A stretch of 64,000 nt of DNA from NCBI GenBank assembly GCA_951406725.2, contig OX597833.1, forward strand, positions 14,198,001-14,262,000, read 5' to 3'. The stretch comes from Octopus vulgaris. Lineage: Eukaryota. Below, piece by piece: positions 41,172-56,500 of the stretch. The translations under genes and the position numbers were made by a program. Position 1 is the first letter of the stretch. Each line of letters starts with the position of its first letter. A model generated the notes under the pieces. It saw nothing but the letters and a program-made list of their open reading frames with translations, was not told the DNA's origin and ran no database searches.

Positions 41172-41398
41172 CTATTTCTTTATTACCCACAAGGGGCTAA
41201 ACATAGAGGGGACAAACAAGGACAGACATAGGTATTAAGTCGATTACATCGACCCCAGTGCGTAACTGGTACTTAATTTATCAACCCCGAAAGGATGAAA
41301 GGTATAGTCAACCTCGGCGGAATTTGAACTCAGGACGTAACGGCAGACGAAATACCGCTAAGCATTTCGCCCGGCGTGCTAACGTTTCTGCCAGCTCG
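41172..41398 (-). mobile_element. SINE family B monomer
   Basis: Consensus match. Confidence 0.92.
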
Positions 41399-41919
41399 CA
41401 TCGCCTGATGATTGCGCTGTTGCGCACGAAACCTAGATTTCAGGAAACGAGCGTCTTAAACAGGCAACAATATAAACCATTGTTTATATTTCTATCCATT
41501 GTCTTTGGTCTCCCTAAGGAAATGTTATTCGACAAATGGAAACGCGTCATAAAAAAATTCACGGAGACAAACGCGCAGGCATTAAAAATATCAGATTTAT
41601 TCTCTACTCTATGTTTATCTCTAAGTTAATTAATTAAAAAATTCTGGGAGGTTGTCTCTTCCGCCTTTCTTAATCAAATTTAGTAATTAAAGTAAAGGTT
41701 TGTTCTCTTCAGTTAGAAATAAATTCAATTAATATTTCCTCTTCTCAAACATATTGTTCGTACCCGGATTAACTACTTAAAATTTAGCCCTATTTTTATG
41801 TCTATTCATTGATAATCTACAACAACAAAAACAACAACACACTAACGATAATAATAATAATAATAATAATAATAGTAGTAGTAATAATGATAGTAATAGT
41901 AATAATAGTAATAATAATA

Positions 41920-41964
<45 letters not shown>

Positions 41965-42206
41965 GGTAATAATAATAATATTAACAACAATCTCCTTTGT
42001 CCATTATAATATCTCGTTGTTTGTTCAAATGTGAGTTTTAGGACGAAAGCCTTCATCTGCGATCAGTGTTGCTTTTTTTTGAACAAGTTCTCATGATGAA
42101 GAATGCGATAATGGAAGGCTTTAGGATCAATTCTAAGACTTCGTGCCATTTAGACATTTTATTAACGACAAGGGTGTATACGCGAGGTTCAATTTGATGT
42201 AGTAAC

Positions 42207-42238
<32 letters not shown>

Positions 42239-42638
42239 AAAAAAGGTTCTTAAACAACGTAGAAACGGAAATATTGTGAAAGATGGTAAATGGATTAATT
42301 AAGAATTTATCCTCGTTGATAATGTCTTTTTATATGTTCATGAACTATATATCTCCCTATGTATGCTTGCATGTATATGTGTACATATATACATACATAC
42401 GGACGTACGTATGTGTGTGTGTGTGTTTATGTATGTGCATGCGTTTCTGTATGTATGCATAGATTTGTATGCATATATATGCATATACATATATTACATA
42501 CATCCGTATATGCATAAACACACATACATAGACACACACACACGTATATACACACGCATGTGTTATAACTACGCGTTGTGACTGCGTATATGTATATATA
42601 CATACATATTTCCATGAACACAAAGGCATATATATATA

Positions 42639-42683
<45 letters not shown>

Positions 42684-42816
42684 ACTTGATATATATGTAT
42701 ATATATATAAATGAGCTTAAATATATACATATATGTATATACATATACATATATATATATATGTGCTTAATATATATATATATATATATATATACATACA
42801 TATATATATGTACATA

Positions 42817-42883
<67 letters not shown>

Positions 42884-43245
42884 TGTGTGTGAGCATGTAT
42901 GTATACTGCAATATGAAACAATGTATAAGAATAGTAAAACTATGTGATGCTATGTATATACATGCATATCGCATACAAATAAGCATTTTTACGTGTGTGT
43001 GTGTATGCCTGTCAATGTGTGTATGGTCAGTGTAATCGTCAGCATATAACTTGCCTTTAAAACTGTCACTATGCACGCGCGCACGCGTATGCGAGTGAGT
43101 GTCTTTGTGTGTGTGTATGAATGCACTGAAGTATTAGAATGGATTGTAGGTTGTGTGTGAATGAACCAAGAAATTGTGCTTATTCCAACAATATTTCTCT
43201 AAACGGCTAAGTCCAGCTAAAAAAAACAGAAAACCAGTCAGGAGT

Positions 43246-43655
43246 GGCGCAGGAGTAGCTGTGTGGTAAGTAGCTTGTTTACCAGCCACATGGTTCCGGG
43301 TTCAGTCCCACTGCGTGGCACCTTGGGCAAGTGTCTTCTACTATAGCCTCGGGCCGACCAAAGCCTTGTGAGTGGATTTGGTAGACGGAAACTGAAAGAA
43401 GCCTGTCGTATATATGTATATATATATGTATGTGCGTGTATGTTTGTGTGTCTGTGTTTGTCTCCCTAGCATTGCTTGACAACCGATGCTGGTGTGTTTA
43501 TGTCCCCGTCACTTAGCGGTTCGGCAAAAGAGACCGATAGAATAAGTACTGGGCTTACAAAGAATAAGTCCCGGGATCGAGTTGCTCGATTAAAGGCGGT
43601 GCACCAGCATGGCCGCAGTCAAATGACTGAAACAAGTAAAAAGAGAAAAAGAGAG
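43246..43655 (+). mobile_element. SINE family A, full length
   Basis: Consensus match. Confidence 0.93.
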
Positions 43656-43840
43656 AGAGCCAGAAACCTGAAATAGCGAAATTTCATTAATCTGGAATAC
43701 AGCAAGATCCCGACCAAAGCCTTGTGGGTGGATTTCATAGACGGAAACTGGAAGAAGCCCATCGTACTCGGACACACTGACACACACACACATACACACA
43801 CACACACAAACACACACACAAACACACACAAACACACACA

Positions 43841-43881
<41 letters not shown>

Positions 43882-43965
43882 CCACACACCCACACATACA
43901 CACACACACACATACACACACACACATACACACACACAAACACACACACATTCAGGGGGGCATTC

Positions 43966-44112
43966 ATGACCTCCCCCTTAGCGAGGGCGGAGGTATTGTT
44001 TTCAGTCGTATTTGTTTGTTTGTTGGTTTGTCCGCGGAGAGGATATCACAAGAACCGTTGGAGGGATTCAGATGAAACTTTCAGAGATGTTTGACCTCTT
44101 GACTGGCACGAA
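43966..44112 (+). mobile_element. Helentron-associated (HINE/DINE-1-like) 5' fragment
   Basis: ACCTCCCCCTT-AGCG-AGGGCGGAGGT terminal hairpin, then TATTGTTTTC...(GTTT)n GTCCG...GGATTCAGATGAAACTT, the typical HINE layout. Confidence 0.65.
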
Positions 44113-44338
44113 CTCTCTTTACTCTTTACTCTTTTACTTGTTTCAGTCATGTGACTGTGGCCATGCTGGAGCACCGCCTTTAGTGTATCAAATCGACCCC
44201 AGGACTTATTCTTTGTAAGCCTAGTACTTATTCTATCGGTTTCTCTTTTGCCGAACCGCTAAGGTACGGGGACGTAAACACACCAGCATCGATTGTCAAG
44301 TGATGTTGGGGGGACAAACACAGACACACAGACACACA

Positions 44339-44389
<51 letters not shown>

Positions 44390-44577
44390 GAACACACATA
44401 TATATATATATATACGACAGGCTTCTTTCAGTTTCCGTCTACCAAATCCACTCACAAGGCTTTGGCCGGCTCGAGGCTATAGTAGAAGATACTTGCCCAA
44501 GATGCCACGCAGTGGGACTGAACTAGGAACCATGTGGTTGGTAAGCAAACTACTTACCACACAGCCACGCCTGCGCC
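44113..44577 (-). mobile_element. SINE family A, full length
   Basis: Consensus match. Confidence 0.92.
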
Positions 44578-44611
44578 TATAGTGTGTCCAAATGAACAAT
44601 AATGCAACATT

Positions 44612-45030
44612 GGGCGAGGCGAGCAGGCAGAAACGTTAGCACGCCGAGCGAAATGCTTAGCAGTATTTCGTCTGCCGTTACGTTCTGAGTTCAAATTCCG
44701 CCGAAGTCGATTTTGCCTTTCATCCTATCGGGGTCGATTAAATAAGTACCAGTTACGCACTGGGGTCGATATAATCGACTTAATCCGTTTGTCTGTCCTT
44801 GTTTGTCCCCTTTATGTTTATCCCCTTGTGGGTAGTAAAGAAATAGGTATTTCGTCTGCTGCTACGTTCTGAGTTCAAATTCCGCCGAGGTCGACTTTGC
44901 CTTTCATCCTTTCGGGGTCGATAAATTAAGTACCAGTTACGCACTGGGGTCGATATAATCGACTTAATCCGTTTGTCTATCCTTGTTCGTCCCCTTTATG
45001 TTTAGCCCCTTGTGGGCTTTAAAGAAATAT
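44612..45030 (+). mobile_element. SINE family B dimer
   Basis: One head and two bodies; TSD TAATGCA(A/C)CATTGGG. Confidence 0.92.
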
Positions 45031-45926
45031 AATGCACCATTGGGTATACCTTTTATCCACAAAGTATGGTAGACTTTCGATCGTAGGCCTCCTGGATCGC
45101 AGCTGACATAGAGTTTAGCACCACAAAATCTAATATATAGACTCTGAAACAATCTTAATTCATTCACTACTTTGCGACTAACTACTTCACAGTTTGCTAT
45201 TACATATATGGTTAGAACTGGGTAATAAAAGGAAGCTATCAACGTGTTTTCGATTCAGAAGCCAGCCTCATTCTCCTCTCCAAAAGCTTTATCTGCAATT
45301 CAACATCAAAACCTTTCTTTATAGTGTGATATATTCAAGTCTGTATTTATTTGGATACGAGCTATGATTCTTTATCTAGAAGTTGGTATTATTTCTATTC
45401 ACTGCTCCCAGATTTCTATAACCTATTAGATCATTAAATAAATTGCCCGTAATAAAGATATTTTCCGATGATTCAATAACGTTTTATATAAAAGGTAACG
45501 CATTTTTTTTCTTACAAATTTCCCATCACAAAAGTTCTTGTGTTCCTCTAGAATATACAGAAAACAAAGGTGATTCTTATATCATATATGTTTCCCTTTA
45601 CAATCTCGTTAGGTTCATTTTAGCCTAAAGAGCTACTGATAAAAATATTGTTCAGTCGAAGCAAATGTCTATGAACAGTTAAAGGTTAAACAGAAATAAT
45701 GTTATACAAACAGATGGTTTACTTAACGTAGAAGATAATGGAATATAAACTACATAATGAAACTGCCAACACCCCATTATTTTCTCTGTGTTTTCGTGAA
45801 TAATGGTATGGGAGTGTATGTACTTTTATCAAGTCTCTCGTAACACCATGTACAACGTTGTAAGCATTGATTTAAGGTTTTTAGTGATACCAGCACTGCT
45901 TGGTTGATTAGGTAATAGAAACAGAA

Positions 45927-46812
45927 GGCGGCGAGCTGGCAGAAGGGTTAGCATGCCGGGCGGAATGCTTAGCGGTATTTCGTCTGCCGTTACGTTCTGA
46001 GTTCAAATTCCGCCGAGGTCGAATTTGCCTTTCATCCTTTCGGGGTCGATTAAATAAGTACCAGTTACGCACTGGGGTCGATGTAATCGACTTAATCCGT
46101 TTGTCTGTCCTTGTTTGTCCACTCTGTGAGTAGCCCCTTGTGGGTAGTAAAGAAATAGGTATTTCGTCTGCCGCTACGTTCTGAGTTCAAATTTCGCCGA
46201 GGTCGACTTTGCCTTTCATCCTTTCGGGGACGATTAAATAAGTACCAGTTACGCACTGGGGTCGATATAATCGACTTAATCCGTTTTTCTGTCCTTGTTT
46301 GTCCACTCTATGTTTAGCCCCTCGTGCTTACAGTAGAAAAAAATTTTCTCTGAAAGAAAACCGGTGAGTTGGCAGAGTCATTAGCACACCGGGCAAAATG
46401 CTTAGCGGCATTTCATCCGTCTTCGGATTCTGAGTTCAAATTTCGGCGTCGATAAAATAAGTACCAGTTGAATCCTGCGGGACGATGAAATCGACTTGTC
46501 TCCTCGCCGAAATTATTGGTGGCCTTGTGCCAAAATTTGAAATTAATATATTCTCTGAAAGAGATGTACAGAAAGATCAGGGTAGCGCACAACGCATAGA
46601 AACAAAAACGTAACACTGTGGCTTCAGGCTTTGGTAGAGAGAATTTCATTGGAAGGGGTTTTGTCGATTACATCGGCCATAATGCTCAACTGGTACTTAT
46701 TCTATTGACCCCGAAAGTATGAAAGGCGAAGTCGACTTAGAATATAAAGGCAGCCGAAGTGCTGCGAAGCTTTTTACCCTTCGAGTTAACGATTCTGTCA
46801 TCTCACCGCCTT
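45927..46812. mobile_element. SINE family B cluster: + strand dimer (45927-46325) and two old copies in opposite orientations
   Basis: Family B consensus blocks. Confidence 0.85.
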
Positions 46813-46882
46813 AATACTACAAGGTATTAACATCAGTAATCTATTGTTTCAACCAGTTCCACGACTCCTACACAATACAGTT

Positions 46883-47100
46883 ACTCTCTCTTTTACTCTT
46901 TTACTTGTTTCAGCCCTTTGACTGTGGCCATGCTGGAGCACCGCCTTTAGTCGAGGAAATCGACCCCGGGACTTATTCTTTGTAAGCCCAGTACTTATTC
47001 TATCGGTCTCTTTTGCCGAACCGCTAAGTGGCGGGGACGTAAACACACCAGCATTGGTTGTCAAGCAATGCTAGGGGGACAAATACAGACACACAAACAT

Positions 47101-47178
<78 letters not shown>

Positions 47179-47340
47179 GACGGGCTTCTTTCAGTTTCCG
47201 TCTACCAAATCCACTCACAAGGCATTGGTCGGCCTGAGGCTATAGTAGAAGACACTTGCCCAAGATGCCACGCAGTGGGACTGAACCCGGAACAATGTGG
47301 TTGGTAAACAAGCTACTTACCACACAGCCACTCCTGCGCC
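46883..47340 (-). mobile_element. SINE family A, full length
   Basis: Consensus match. Confidence 0.93.
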
Positions 47341-47414
47341 TATTAGTTAGTTTAGAAAACCCTACAAATTACGACCAAATAAAAAACAAAAACGAATAAT
47401 CTAATGTAATATAA

Positions 47415-47590
47415 AATTCTTTTCTACTCTAGGCACAAGGCCTGAAATTTCTGGGGAGGGAGCCAGTCAATTAGATCAACCCCCAGTACACAACTGGTAC
47501 TTAAAAAATATCGGCTCCAGAAGGATGAATGGCAAAGTCGACCTCGGCGGAATTTGAACTCAGAACGTAAAGACAGGGGAAATACTGCAT
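47415..47590 (-). mobile_element. SINE family B variant with alternative tail
   Basis: TTCTTTTCTACTCTAGGCACAAGGCCTGAAATTT tail, also seen near 11790 and 59660. Confidence 0.8.
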
Positions 47591-48336
47591 GGTTGCAAAG
47601 CGAGTTTATTACGCATACAACTATGTCTCTGCTTACAAATTATAAAATCCTTTAATTTCCTGTTACAAAAAGTAAATCCTTAAAGATTTTTGTAAAAATT
47701 CTATAAAGGTGGAACTAAATTATACGACAAACCTCTGCTTGGCAACAACTCAGAAATATGTTGAGTCACCTGATTGGTGGGAAGTTTGAGAAGCCGTTGT
47801 AGCTAATAAAATATTTTTGATGTTCTACAGGGAGTTTTGGGGTTTCCAAAAAACACTTCATTTTCTAAATACCACCATATGTTTGAGGTTGTTTCTTTTA
47901 GTTTAAAGAAAAATGAGAAACAATAAAAGACTCCATTTTATTTAACTGCATTATTTGCGAATTTCTGTTCCGTTAAAATCTAATTAATGAAAATGCTCCA
48001 AGATAACTCATAAATTTGAAATTTATACTTTGGGAAACTAGTTGGTTCACTGTAATGTTTTTTTTTATTCAAGTGACTTAGCAATTACGTAAAAAAAAGG
48101 GGGAAAAAATGGATTCCGGAACGATATTCTGAGCTAACTATCGGTCGGCTTAAAAAATTTTCTAGATTTGTCTTCTTGATCGAAAATTTGATAAACTGTT
48201 GCTATCCAACATTGGATTTTTAAATACTTTTTGAAGCGGCCTTCGAGTCTCGTAAGGGAAATGGTTTCTGAAGTTAAAAATTTTTTGCGGTAGAAAATTT
48301 AAGAATAAAGAAAAAAAGAAGCATCAAAAATACTTA

Positions 48337-48360
48337 TCTATTATATAAAATCCGTTCTGT

Positions 48361-48399
<39 letters not shown>

Positions 48400-48726
48400 T
48401 TCTAGGATCTCGGGCATCCTCCATCCGATTGCGCTCAAATTTGATATGTAGATACCGACGGTATCAGGGCGTGTATAAGTCTTGAAAAAATTACAAAAAT
48501 CGATTCCAGGGGAGAATGCGATCGATAAAGTGAATAAAATCGTTTTTCTTTGGAACAGAAAAAAGTCTACCTTTATTTCTTCTTTTGCTGGTGTCTCAAA
48601 TTAGGTTAAATCAGTGTTTCTCAAAGGGGAGGCCTATGGGACGGTCGGACAAGTTGTTTTGAGAAACTTTGGTTTAAATGTTTGACAACTCAGCACCGTC
48701 CATTGTGTAGGGGGGCGTTTTGCTCG
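48337..48726 (+). mobile_element. Non-autonomous Helitron-like element, CTCG-ended family
   Basis: Homologous end to end with 6069-6436. Confidence 0.72.
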
Positions 48727-49317
48727 TATTTATATATACTTACAACCATACCTAGATACACAGATACATGTATGCCTGCATAAAGCGTATATATGTAGTT
48801 ATGGGTGGTTGTATGTATGCGTGTATATATGTATGCACTTATGTGTATATGCATTTACTGGAAAGGGAATCTGGTGGCTAAATGAATTCGTTACTTCTGA
48901 ATTAACATTGCTACCATTGGTTTCATGCGGAAAAAATCGTAAACTTAAAGCTTTCTCCTTGAAAATGTTGGTAATGTCTCTAATTGCTGGATAAGGTTAC
49001 TTGAAGTTACACGAAAATTTACGGGACTTCAAACGTTGTTTGATGGTATGAAGTGAGGTACAAGATCACGGACAAGAAAACATAACTCACGTAAGGACAT
49101 CTTTAAGTGTTAATTCTATTAAATTAGACTTGCTTTTGTGAATGTTGGTAAATTGCGTCCAAGATAGCTAATTGGCGCAACACAAATACTTTACTATATA
49201 TCGTTGTATAAATGCACACAAGTGCGGCACACAAGTGCATCACACGCCTGAAATTCTGCAGTGTGTATGTTTATCCATGTCATTTCGTGAGATTTACAAA
49301 GATTTTAAAACTATTTA

Positions 49318-49408
<91 letters not shown>

Positions 49409-49649
49409 GTCTGTCTGTCTATCTATCTACAGATGTATTGTAATACATAGTAATGTGTATTACTGGCGTAAAACACATTAGTGTATTCCCATCGCAATAC
49501 ATACTAATGGATACAAAGACCTATATATGTGTTTCATTGCGTAGTATAACAATAGATAAACACATACGCATATACATACATATACGAGCAACTTTTTATA
49601 TGAAGTATTCGAAGAATATATATTGTTCTATCAGACATTATGTTTGTAA

Positions 49650-50049
49650 TCTTTATATATAAAAGTCAAGTTGTGTGTCTGTCTACTACGATTTAGATTT
49701 CTAACTACTCCCACATTTTGCGGTGCAGTGTAACCAAAAGCGGGTATCTTATAGTCGTGATTCATATCGAGCCCTTCTGGGTATTAGCGCGCGTCTACGA
49801 TGAGCCTACGATTTTAAAAATAATTTACCATAATTTTTTTCCATTTTAATGCATTTTTTCGCTATTATATAAAGGAAGTAACTCTCTAAAAATGTCTACG
49901 ATGAGTCAACGATTTAAAAAAAAATTTACCATAATTTTTTTTCCATTTTTAATACATTTGTTTTGGCTATTTTTTGGCTATAACTCTCTAAAAATGCTTA
50001 TATAGTTATTTCCTTTACAAACCCGAGCAACGCCGGGCGATACTGCTAG
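49650..50049 (+). mobile_element. Non-autonomous Helitron
   Basis: A|TC...CCCGAGCAACGCCGGGCGATACTGCTAG|T; same family as 29795-30190. Confidence 0.92.
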
Positions 50050-50584
50050 TTGCATATAAAATTTTCGTCGATACAATTCTGAAATAAGGAATTTAAAAAT
50101 GACTATATTCCGGTATTAAAACTGTCGAGTAGGAAATATGATGTGACTGAGAATCACGTGTGTATGTGTGTGTGTGTACATGTGAGTGTGTATGCGCGTA
50201 CGTATATGCGTGAGTTTGTGAAAGTGAAAGTGGAAGTACAAGAGAGACAGCGAAAGAGAGAAAGAGAGAGAGAGCAAGTGAGAGAGAGGGCGAATGAGTG
50301 AGAAAGAGAGAGAGAGAGAGGGAGAGAGCGTGGTTTAGTGTGTTATATGCGTAGGAAAAAGAGGTTGTATGAGCGAATACGAGGAATTATTACTCCATTG
50401 CAGTTATCAATCTTTGAATTCTTCCGTTCTTGATTCCTCTTTGACTTACTCTACACAGGCAGCGGATTCGTTACCCGCCCCCACTCGCCTTAACATGTTA
50501 CTTCCTTTCCTTGATGATACAGGATTCGCATGCGTATGTTGGAAAACATTTGTCAAGCAATGGTAAAGCAAAAACATCAACGCA

Positions 50585-51540
<956 letters not shown>

Positions 51541-51839
51541 GACATCGATAAAAGAATAAAGAGACTTTTCTAATGTGTTTGAATATGTAAATTGTCTCGT
51601 AAAACTGTGATGTAATTTTATAATCTTGCTTTCTTGTAAATAAAATTTTCATACACTCACAAATGGATGCAAAATGAAAGCGAAAAAAATATTTACAAGT
51701 CGAATCTAAAAATGTTTGACAAACGACACACTTAATAATGAAATATGAGTACAATATCGGTCCTCTTATCCGGTTTCTAGAAATCCGGAAGTTCCCGAAA
51801 TACCATGCAATACCTGGCAATACCAGGCAATAATATTGT

Positions 51840-52457
51840 ACCTATTTCTTTACTGCCCACAAGGGGCTAAACATAGAGGGGACAAACAAGGACAGACAAA
51901 CGGATTAAGTCGATTATATAGACCCAAGTGCGTAACTGGTACTTTATTTATCGACCCCGAAAGGATGAAAGGCAAAGTCGACCTCGGCGGAATTTGAACT
52001 CAGAACGTAGCGGTAGACGAAATACCTATTTCTTTACTACCCACAAGGGGCTAAACACAGAGGGGACAAACAAGGAAAGACAAACGGATTAAGTCGATTA
52101 TATAGACCCCAGTGTGTGACTGGTACTTAACTTATCGACCCCGAAAGGATGAAAGGCAAAGTCGACCTCGGCGGAATTTGAACTCAGAACGTAACGGCAG
52201 ACGAAATACCTATTTCTTTACTACCCACAAGGGGCTAAACACAGAGGGGACAAACAAGGACAGACAAACGGATTAAGTCGATTATATAGACCCCAGTGTG
52301 TGACTGGTACTTAATTTATCAACCCCGAAAGGATGAAAGGCAAAGTCGACGTCGGCGGAATTTGAACTCAGAACGTAACGGCAGACGAAATACCTATTTC
52401 TTTACTACTCACAAGGGGCTAAACACAGGGGGGACAAACAAGGACAGACAAACGGAT
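51840..52457 (-). mobile_element. SINE family B body array (about 3.3 units, headless)
   Basis: About 183-bp units joined by GACGAAATACCTATTTC. Confidence 0.92.
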
Positions 52458-52589
52458 GGTTTTCAGCATCGTCATTATGACGAATTCTTTGCCATGAAAC
52501 CACCTCAATTCTGGGAAGACGGTATTTTGAAGTGAAAGGAAAGATGGAGACGCATTGTGCAACAAAATGGTTCCTATTTGGTTGATTAA
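52458..52589 (+). mobile_element. Mariner transposase C-terminal remnant
   Basis: DEFFAMKPPQFWEDGILK*KERWRRIVQQNGSYLVD* matches the mariner C-terminus (FFAxKxxxFxxxGIxKLxERWxKxVxxNGxY). Confidence 0.85.
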
Positions 52590-52602
52590 AAATGTAATGG
52601 AT

Positions 52603-52695
52603 GGATTGGCGTTCCGTCCAGCTGGGGGGAACACATACGCCATAGAAACCGGGAAACTGGGTCCACGAGCCTGGCTAGGCTTGAAAAGGGCGCAA
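52603..52695 (+). mobile_element. SINE family D tail fragment
   Basis: GGATTGGCGTTCCGTCCAGCTGGGG...GAAACCGGGAAACTGGG...AAAAGGGCGC. Confidence 0.85.
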
Positions 52696-54019
52696 AAAAA
52701 TCAAAAAAATCCGAAGAACACGTCCCAAGAGAGCTATGTTTACGACGTAGTTTCTATTCCTGATAAAAACTACTTTAGCTATTCTCCATCACTTCCATCA
52801 ATAATACTTCGTGGGGAAATATAAAAATGCAACAACTTCATCCATTTTCCTATCTAGAACGTTCTTAAACATGCAAGAAATGTTTAATTAAGCATTAAAC
52901 GTCAGTCTAAACCTCATCCTAAAATATATATTGCTTTCTTTCGACAGGAACCAAGATAACCTGATGGTATGAATGAAATATAAGCATTAATTTCGATCCA
53001 AGGAATCAACTGATAGGAAAGCATAAAACACGTGACTGATGGTATCATTGATTTATATAATATCCAAAATCTTTATTATATATACTATGGCACTGGTAAT
53101 AGATAGGAACGATCAGTGACTAGCAAAAATACGCAGAGTGACATATAGCCATTACGTTTAGTGTCCTGCCATTTTATTTATTTTTTTTTAAGACGATGAT
53201 GAGAAAATGAATATATCTTTGAAGACAAGTTTCATAGGCAAAGATGAAAAACAAGAAAGGGAAAAATGATAGCCGTAATGGCTAGTAAAAACATTTATGT
53301 TGAATCAGATGAGATGAAAATTTCCGGGAAACTAGAAGCGAAGGAATGATACGGTGAAGGGAACGAACGAGGGTAACTTTTTATAGCATTCTGAAAGGCA
53401 AAATGGCTTGCTAGTTCTTCGGGAGATTGAATTACGGATCAGTTTAAGAGAATATCAGGCATGTAAAATATATTTCCCCTATCATCGATTTCTTTTGAGT
53501 ATATAAAAAGAAAAAAGAAAAAAAGAGAAAGATTTGTTTTGTTTTATGAAATTGTATATTTGATAAAGTGATCCGACTAAGTTACAGCTAGTTATTCCCG
53601 TGAGGAATAAGTTAACGAGGTGTGTCACCATTTCCATCTACTCCAATACTGTACTGTCAATACAATTTCCGCAACTATTAAATATAAATATCGATTAATT
53701 TGAACTATCCAAAATTCTTATATTTTACAGAGAAAGAGAGAGAAGGAGAAAGAGTGAGAGACGATGATGAGAAATATTTTGACGTTCTTGTGATAAAAAT
53801 GAAGTCGATTTCTATCAAGTAAAAAAAAATCGAAACCAAATTGAGATTTTGATTCGCCAGCTGTTTACATTATCCCTTACAGCATTTCTGTTCAAGAAGA
53901 TAAATATCATATAAATATTTACACAGAGCAAGTGCGGTAGAATGGATGGACACGAGTGTATAACAGCTATAGGATTTATAAATTCAAGAAGAAAGAAATA
54001 TAAAATTAATTTTACGCTT

Positions 54020-54250
54020 TTCCACTTATACTTGCTTCAGTCTTTAGACTGTGACCATGCTGGGGCACCGCCTTGAGGAATTTTAGTCGAAGAAATCGAC
54101 CCCTGTATTTATTTTGAAGCCTGGTACTTAATCTATCGGTCTCATTTGTCGAACCGCTAGGTTATGGAGACGTAAACACACCATCACCGGTTTCCAATCG
54201 GTGGTGGGGGACAAAATTGACACAAAGGTATACATACACACACAAACAAC

Positions 54251-54281
<31 letters not shown>

Positions 54282-54287
54282 ACACAC

Positions 54288-54336
<49 letters not shown>

Positions 54337-54485
54337 AATAGAACAGGCTTCTTTCAGTTTCCGTCTACCAAATCCGCTCATAAGGCTTTGGTCTGCCCGT
54401 GGTTATAGTAGAAGGCACTCGCTCAAGATTCCACGCAGTGGGACTGAACCCAGAGCCATGTGTTTAAGAAGTAAACTACTTGCCA
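54020..54485 (-). mobile_element. SINE family A, diverged
   Basis: Consensus blocks with internal (CA)n(TA)n. Confidence 0.85.
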
Positions 54486-55125
54486 CTCGACCCTGTACAC
54501 AATCCTTTGTTGATATCGTTGATTAATGAGATTGATTTAAGATTTTAATCAACAGGGACCCAGAACCATTAAGTTGAGAAGCAACTTCTTATCAAACGAC
54601 CCTGAGGGTGTTGATTAACGAGATCGATTTAAAATTTTAATCTACAGGGACCCTTTTTATCTGGCCCAAAATTGTAGCCTGGTACCTGTGTTACTAATCG
54701 TTATCACGTTTACTCTTATTATTTAATTCCAAATGTTTGTATTAATTTTTGATATACACTTTAAAATTTCGCTAAATCAGTCATAAATATCAGAAATACT
54801 AAATTTCTAACACCCTCAGCCGCCCGGGGTTGCATCTAGGGACGCGTGTTTCAGGATGATTGTCCTTAGTCGGCCTAGAGTAGCAGACACCGGTCAGCTG
54901 ACGATATCTGTCTCGACTCGTAATGTATATATCTAAATTTCAGTGAAGTCTATTCACTGATTATCAAAATCAGAAATACTAAATTTCTAAATCTCTCGTA
55001 GAGACATGTACGGTGGTGGGGCGATAGAATGGTTGTATACTGTAAAATTTTATATGCTGTTATATATACTGACAACCAGATTTAGATATTTGTTATTTGA
55101 AACTGGTTAATAAACTTTTGATGAT

Positions 55126-55518
55126 GGATGGATGGAAGAACTCTGTCGGTTACGACGACGAGGGTTCCGGTTGATCCGAATCAACGGAACAGCCTGCTCG
55201 TGAAATTAACGTGCGAGTGGATGAGCACTCCAAAGACACGTGTACCCTTAACGTAGTTCTCGGGGATATTCAGCGTGACACAGAGAGTGACAAGGCCGGC
55301 CCCTTGAAATACAGGTACAACAGAAACAGGAAGTAAGAGTGAGAGAAAGTTGTGGCGAAAGAGTACAGCAGGGATCACCACCATCCCCTGCCGGAGCCTC
55401 GTGGAGCTTTTAGGTGATTTCGCTCAATAAACACTCACAACGCCCGGTCTGGGAATCGAAACCGCGATCCTATGACCGCGAGTCCGCTGCCCTAACCACT
55501 GGGCCATTGCGCCTCCAC
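55126..55518 (-). mobile_element. SINE family C, full length
   Basis: TSD AACTTTTGATGAT at 55113-55125 and 55519-55531. Confidence 0.94.
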
Positions 55519-55894
55519 AACTTTTGATGATATAGTTTTTGTTAAAAGAGGTGTTTTGTTTTTAATAATGTAACCAAATCGCAGAGAGCGCTTGCATGCA
55601 ATACATGTCCTACAGCCGTTCCGGTGCCTGTTAACACCGGTCTCCCCTTGATTTGTAGCAATCTCGAGCTTGTCATGTTGTACAAAACTGGTAAATCTAT
55701 TTGTCTTTAAGATGCCAGTTAACCATGCACAAAATGACAGTTCTAATTTTCATGATTAGCAGAGGCTTTGAAGCAAGCCAAGTCGGAAATCTGAGATAAA
55801 TAGCCAATATTTTACAGGCTGAAATATGAGGCTCACATCGCACATTCTATTATTATACCAGTAAAACTAACATGCACAGTCCTATTATTTGGTG

Positions 55895-56500
55895 GGTGGA
55901 GGCGCAATGGTCCAGTGGTTAGGGCAGCGGACTCGCGGTCATAGGATCGCGGTTTCGATTCCCAGACCGGGCGTTGTGAGTGTTTATTGAGCGAAAACAC
56001 CTAAAGCCCCACGAGGCTCCGGCAGGGGGTGGTGGTGATCCCTGCTGTACTCTTTCACCACAACTTTCTCTCACACTTACTTACTGTTTCTGTTGTACCT
56101 GTATTTCAAAGGGCCGGCCTTGTCACTGTCTGTGTCACGCTGAATATCCCCGAGAACTACGTTAAGGGTACACGTGTCTGTGGAGTGCTCATCCACTTGC
56201 ACGTTAATTTCACGAGCAGGCTGTTCCGTTGATTCGGATCAACCGGAACCCTCGTCGTAACCGACAGAGTTCTTCCATCCATCCATCATCAAAAGTTTAT
56301 TAACCAGTTTCAAATAACAAATATCTAAATCTGGTTGTCAGTATATATAACAGCATATAAAATTTTACAGTATACAACCATTAAGGGTACACGTGTCTGT
56401 GGAGTGCTCATCCACTCGCACGTTAATTTCACGAGCAGGCTGTTCCGTTGATTCGGATCAACCGGAACCCCTCATCGTCGTAACCGACGGAGTGCTTCCT
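55895..56500 (+). mobile_element. SINE family C containing an inverted copy of neighbouring flank and a duplicated tail
   Basis: TSD TCCTATTATTTGGTG at 55880-55894 and 56501-56515; 56277-56382 is the reverse complement of 55028-55133. Confidence 0.92.

Noticed and set aside
42000-42160. Possible mariner N-terminal remnant on the minus strand (YRILHHENL...LTFEQ)
   Set aside because: Too degenerate to support by eye.
50505-50560. Hammerhead-like TTGATGA...GAAAACATTTGTCAAG
   Set aside because: The core lacks C3 and no convincing stem II closes next to GAAA.
54505-54990. Short direct repeats (GTTGATTAA...CAGGGACCC twice; ATCAGAAATACTAAATTTCTAA twice)
   Set aside because: Most simply local slippage or internal repeats of an old element; no further structure.
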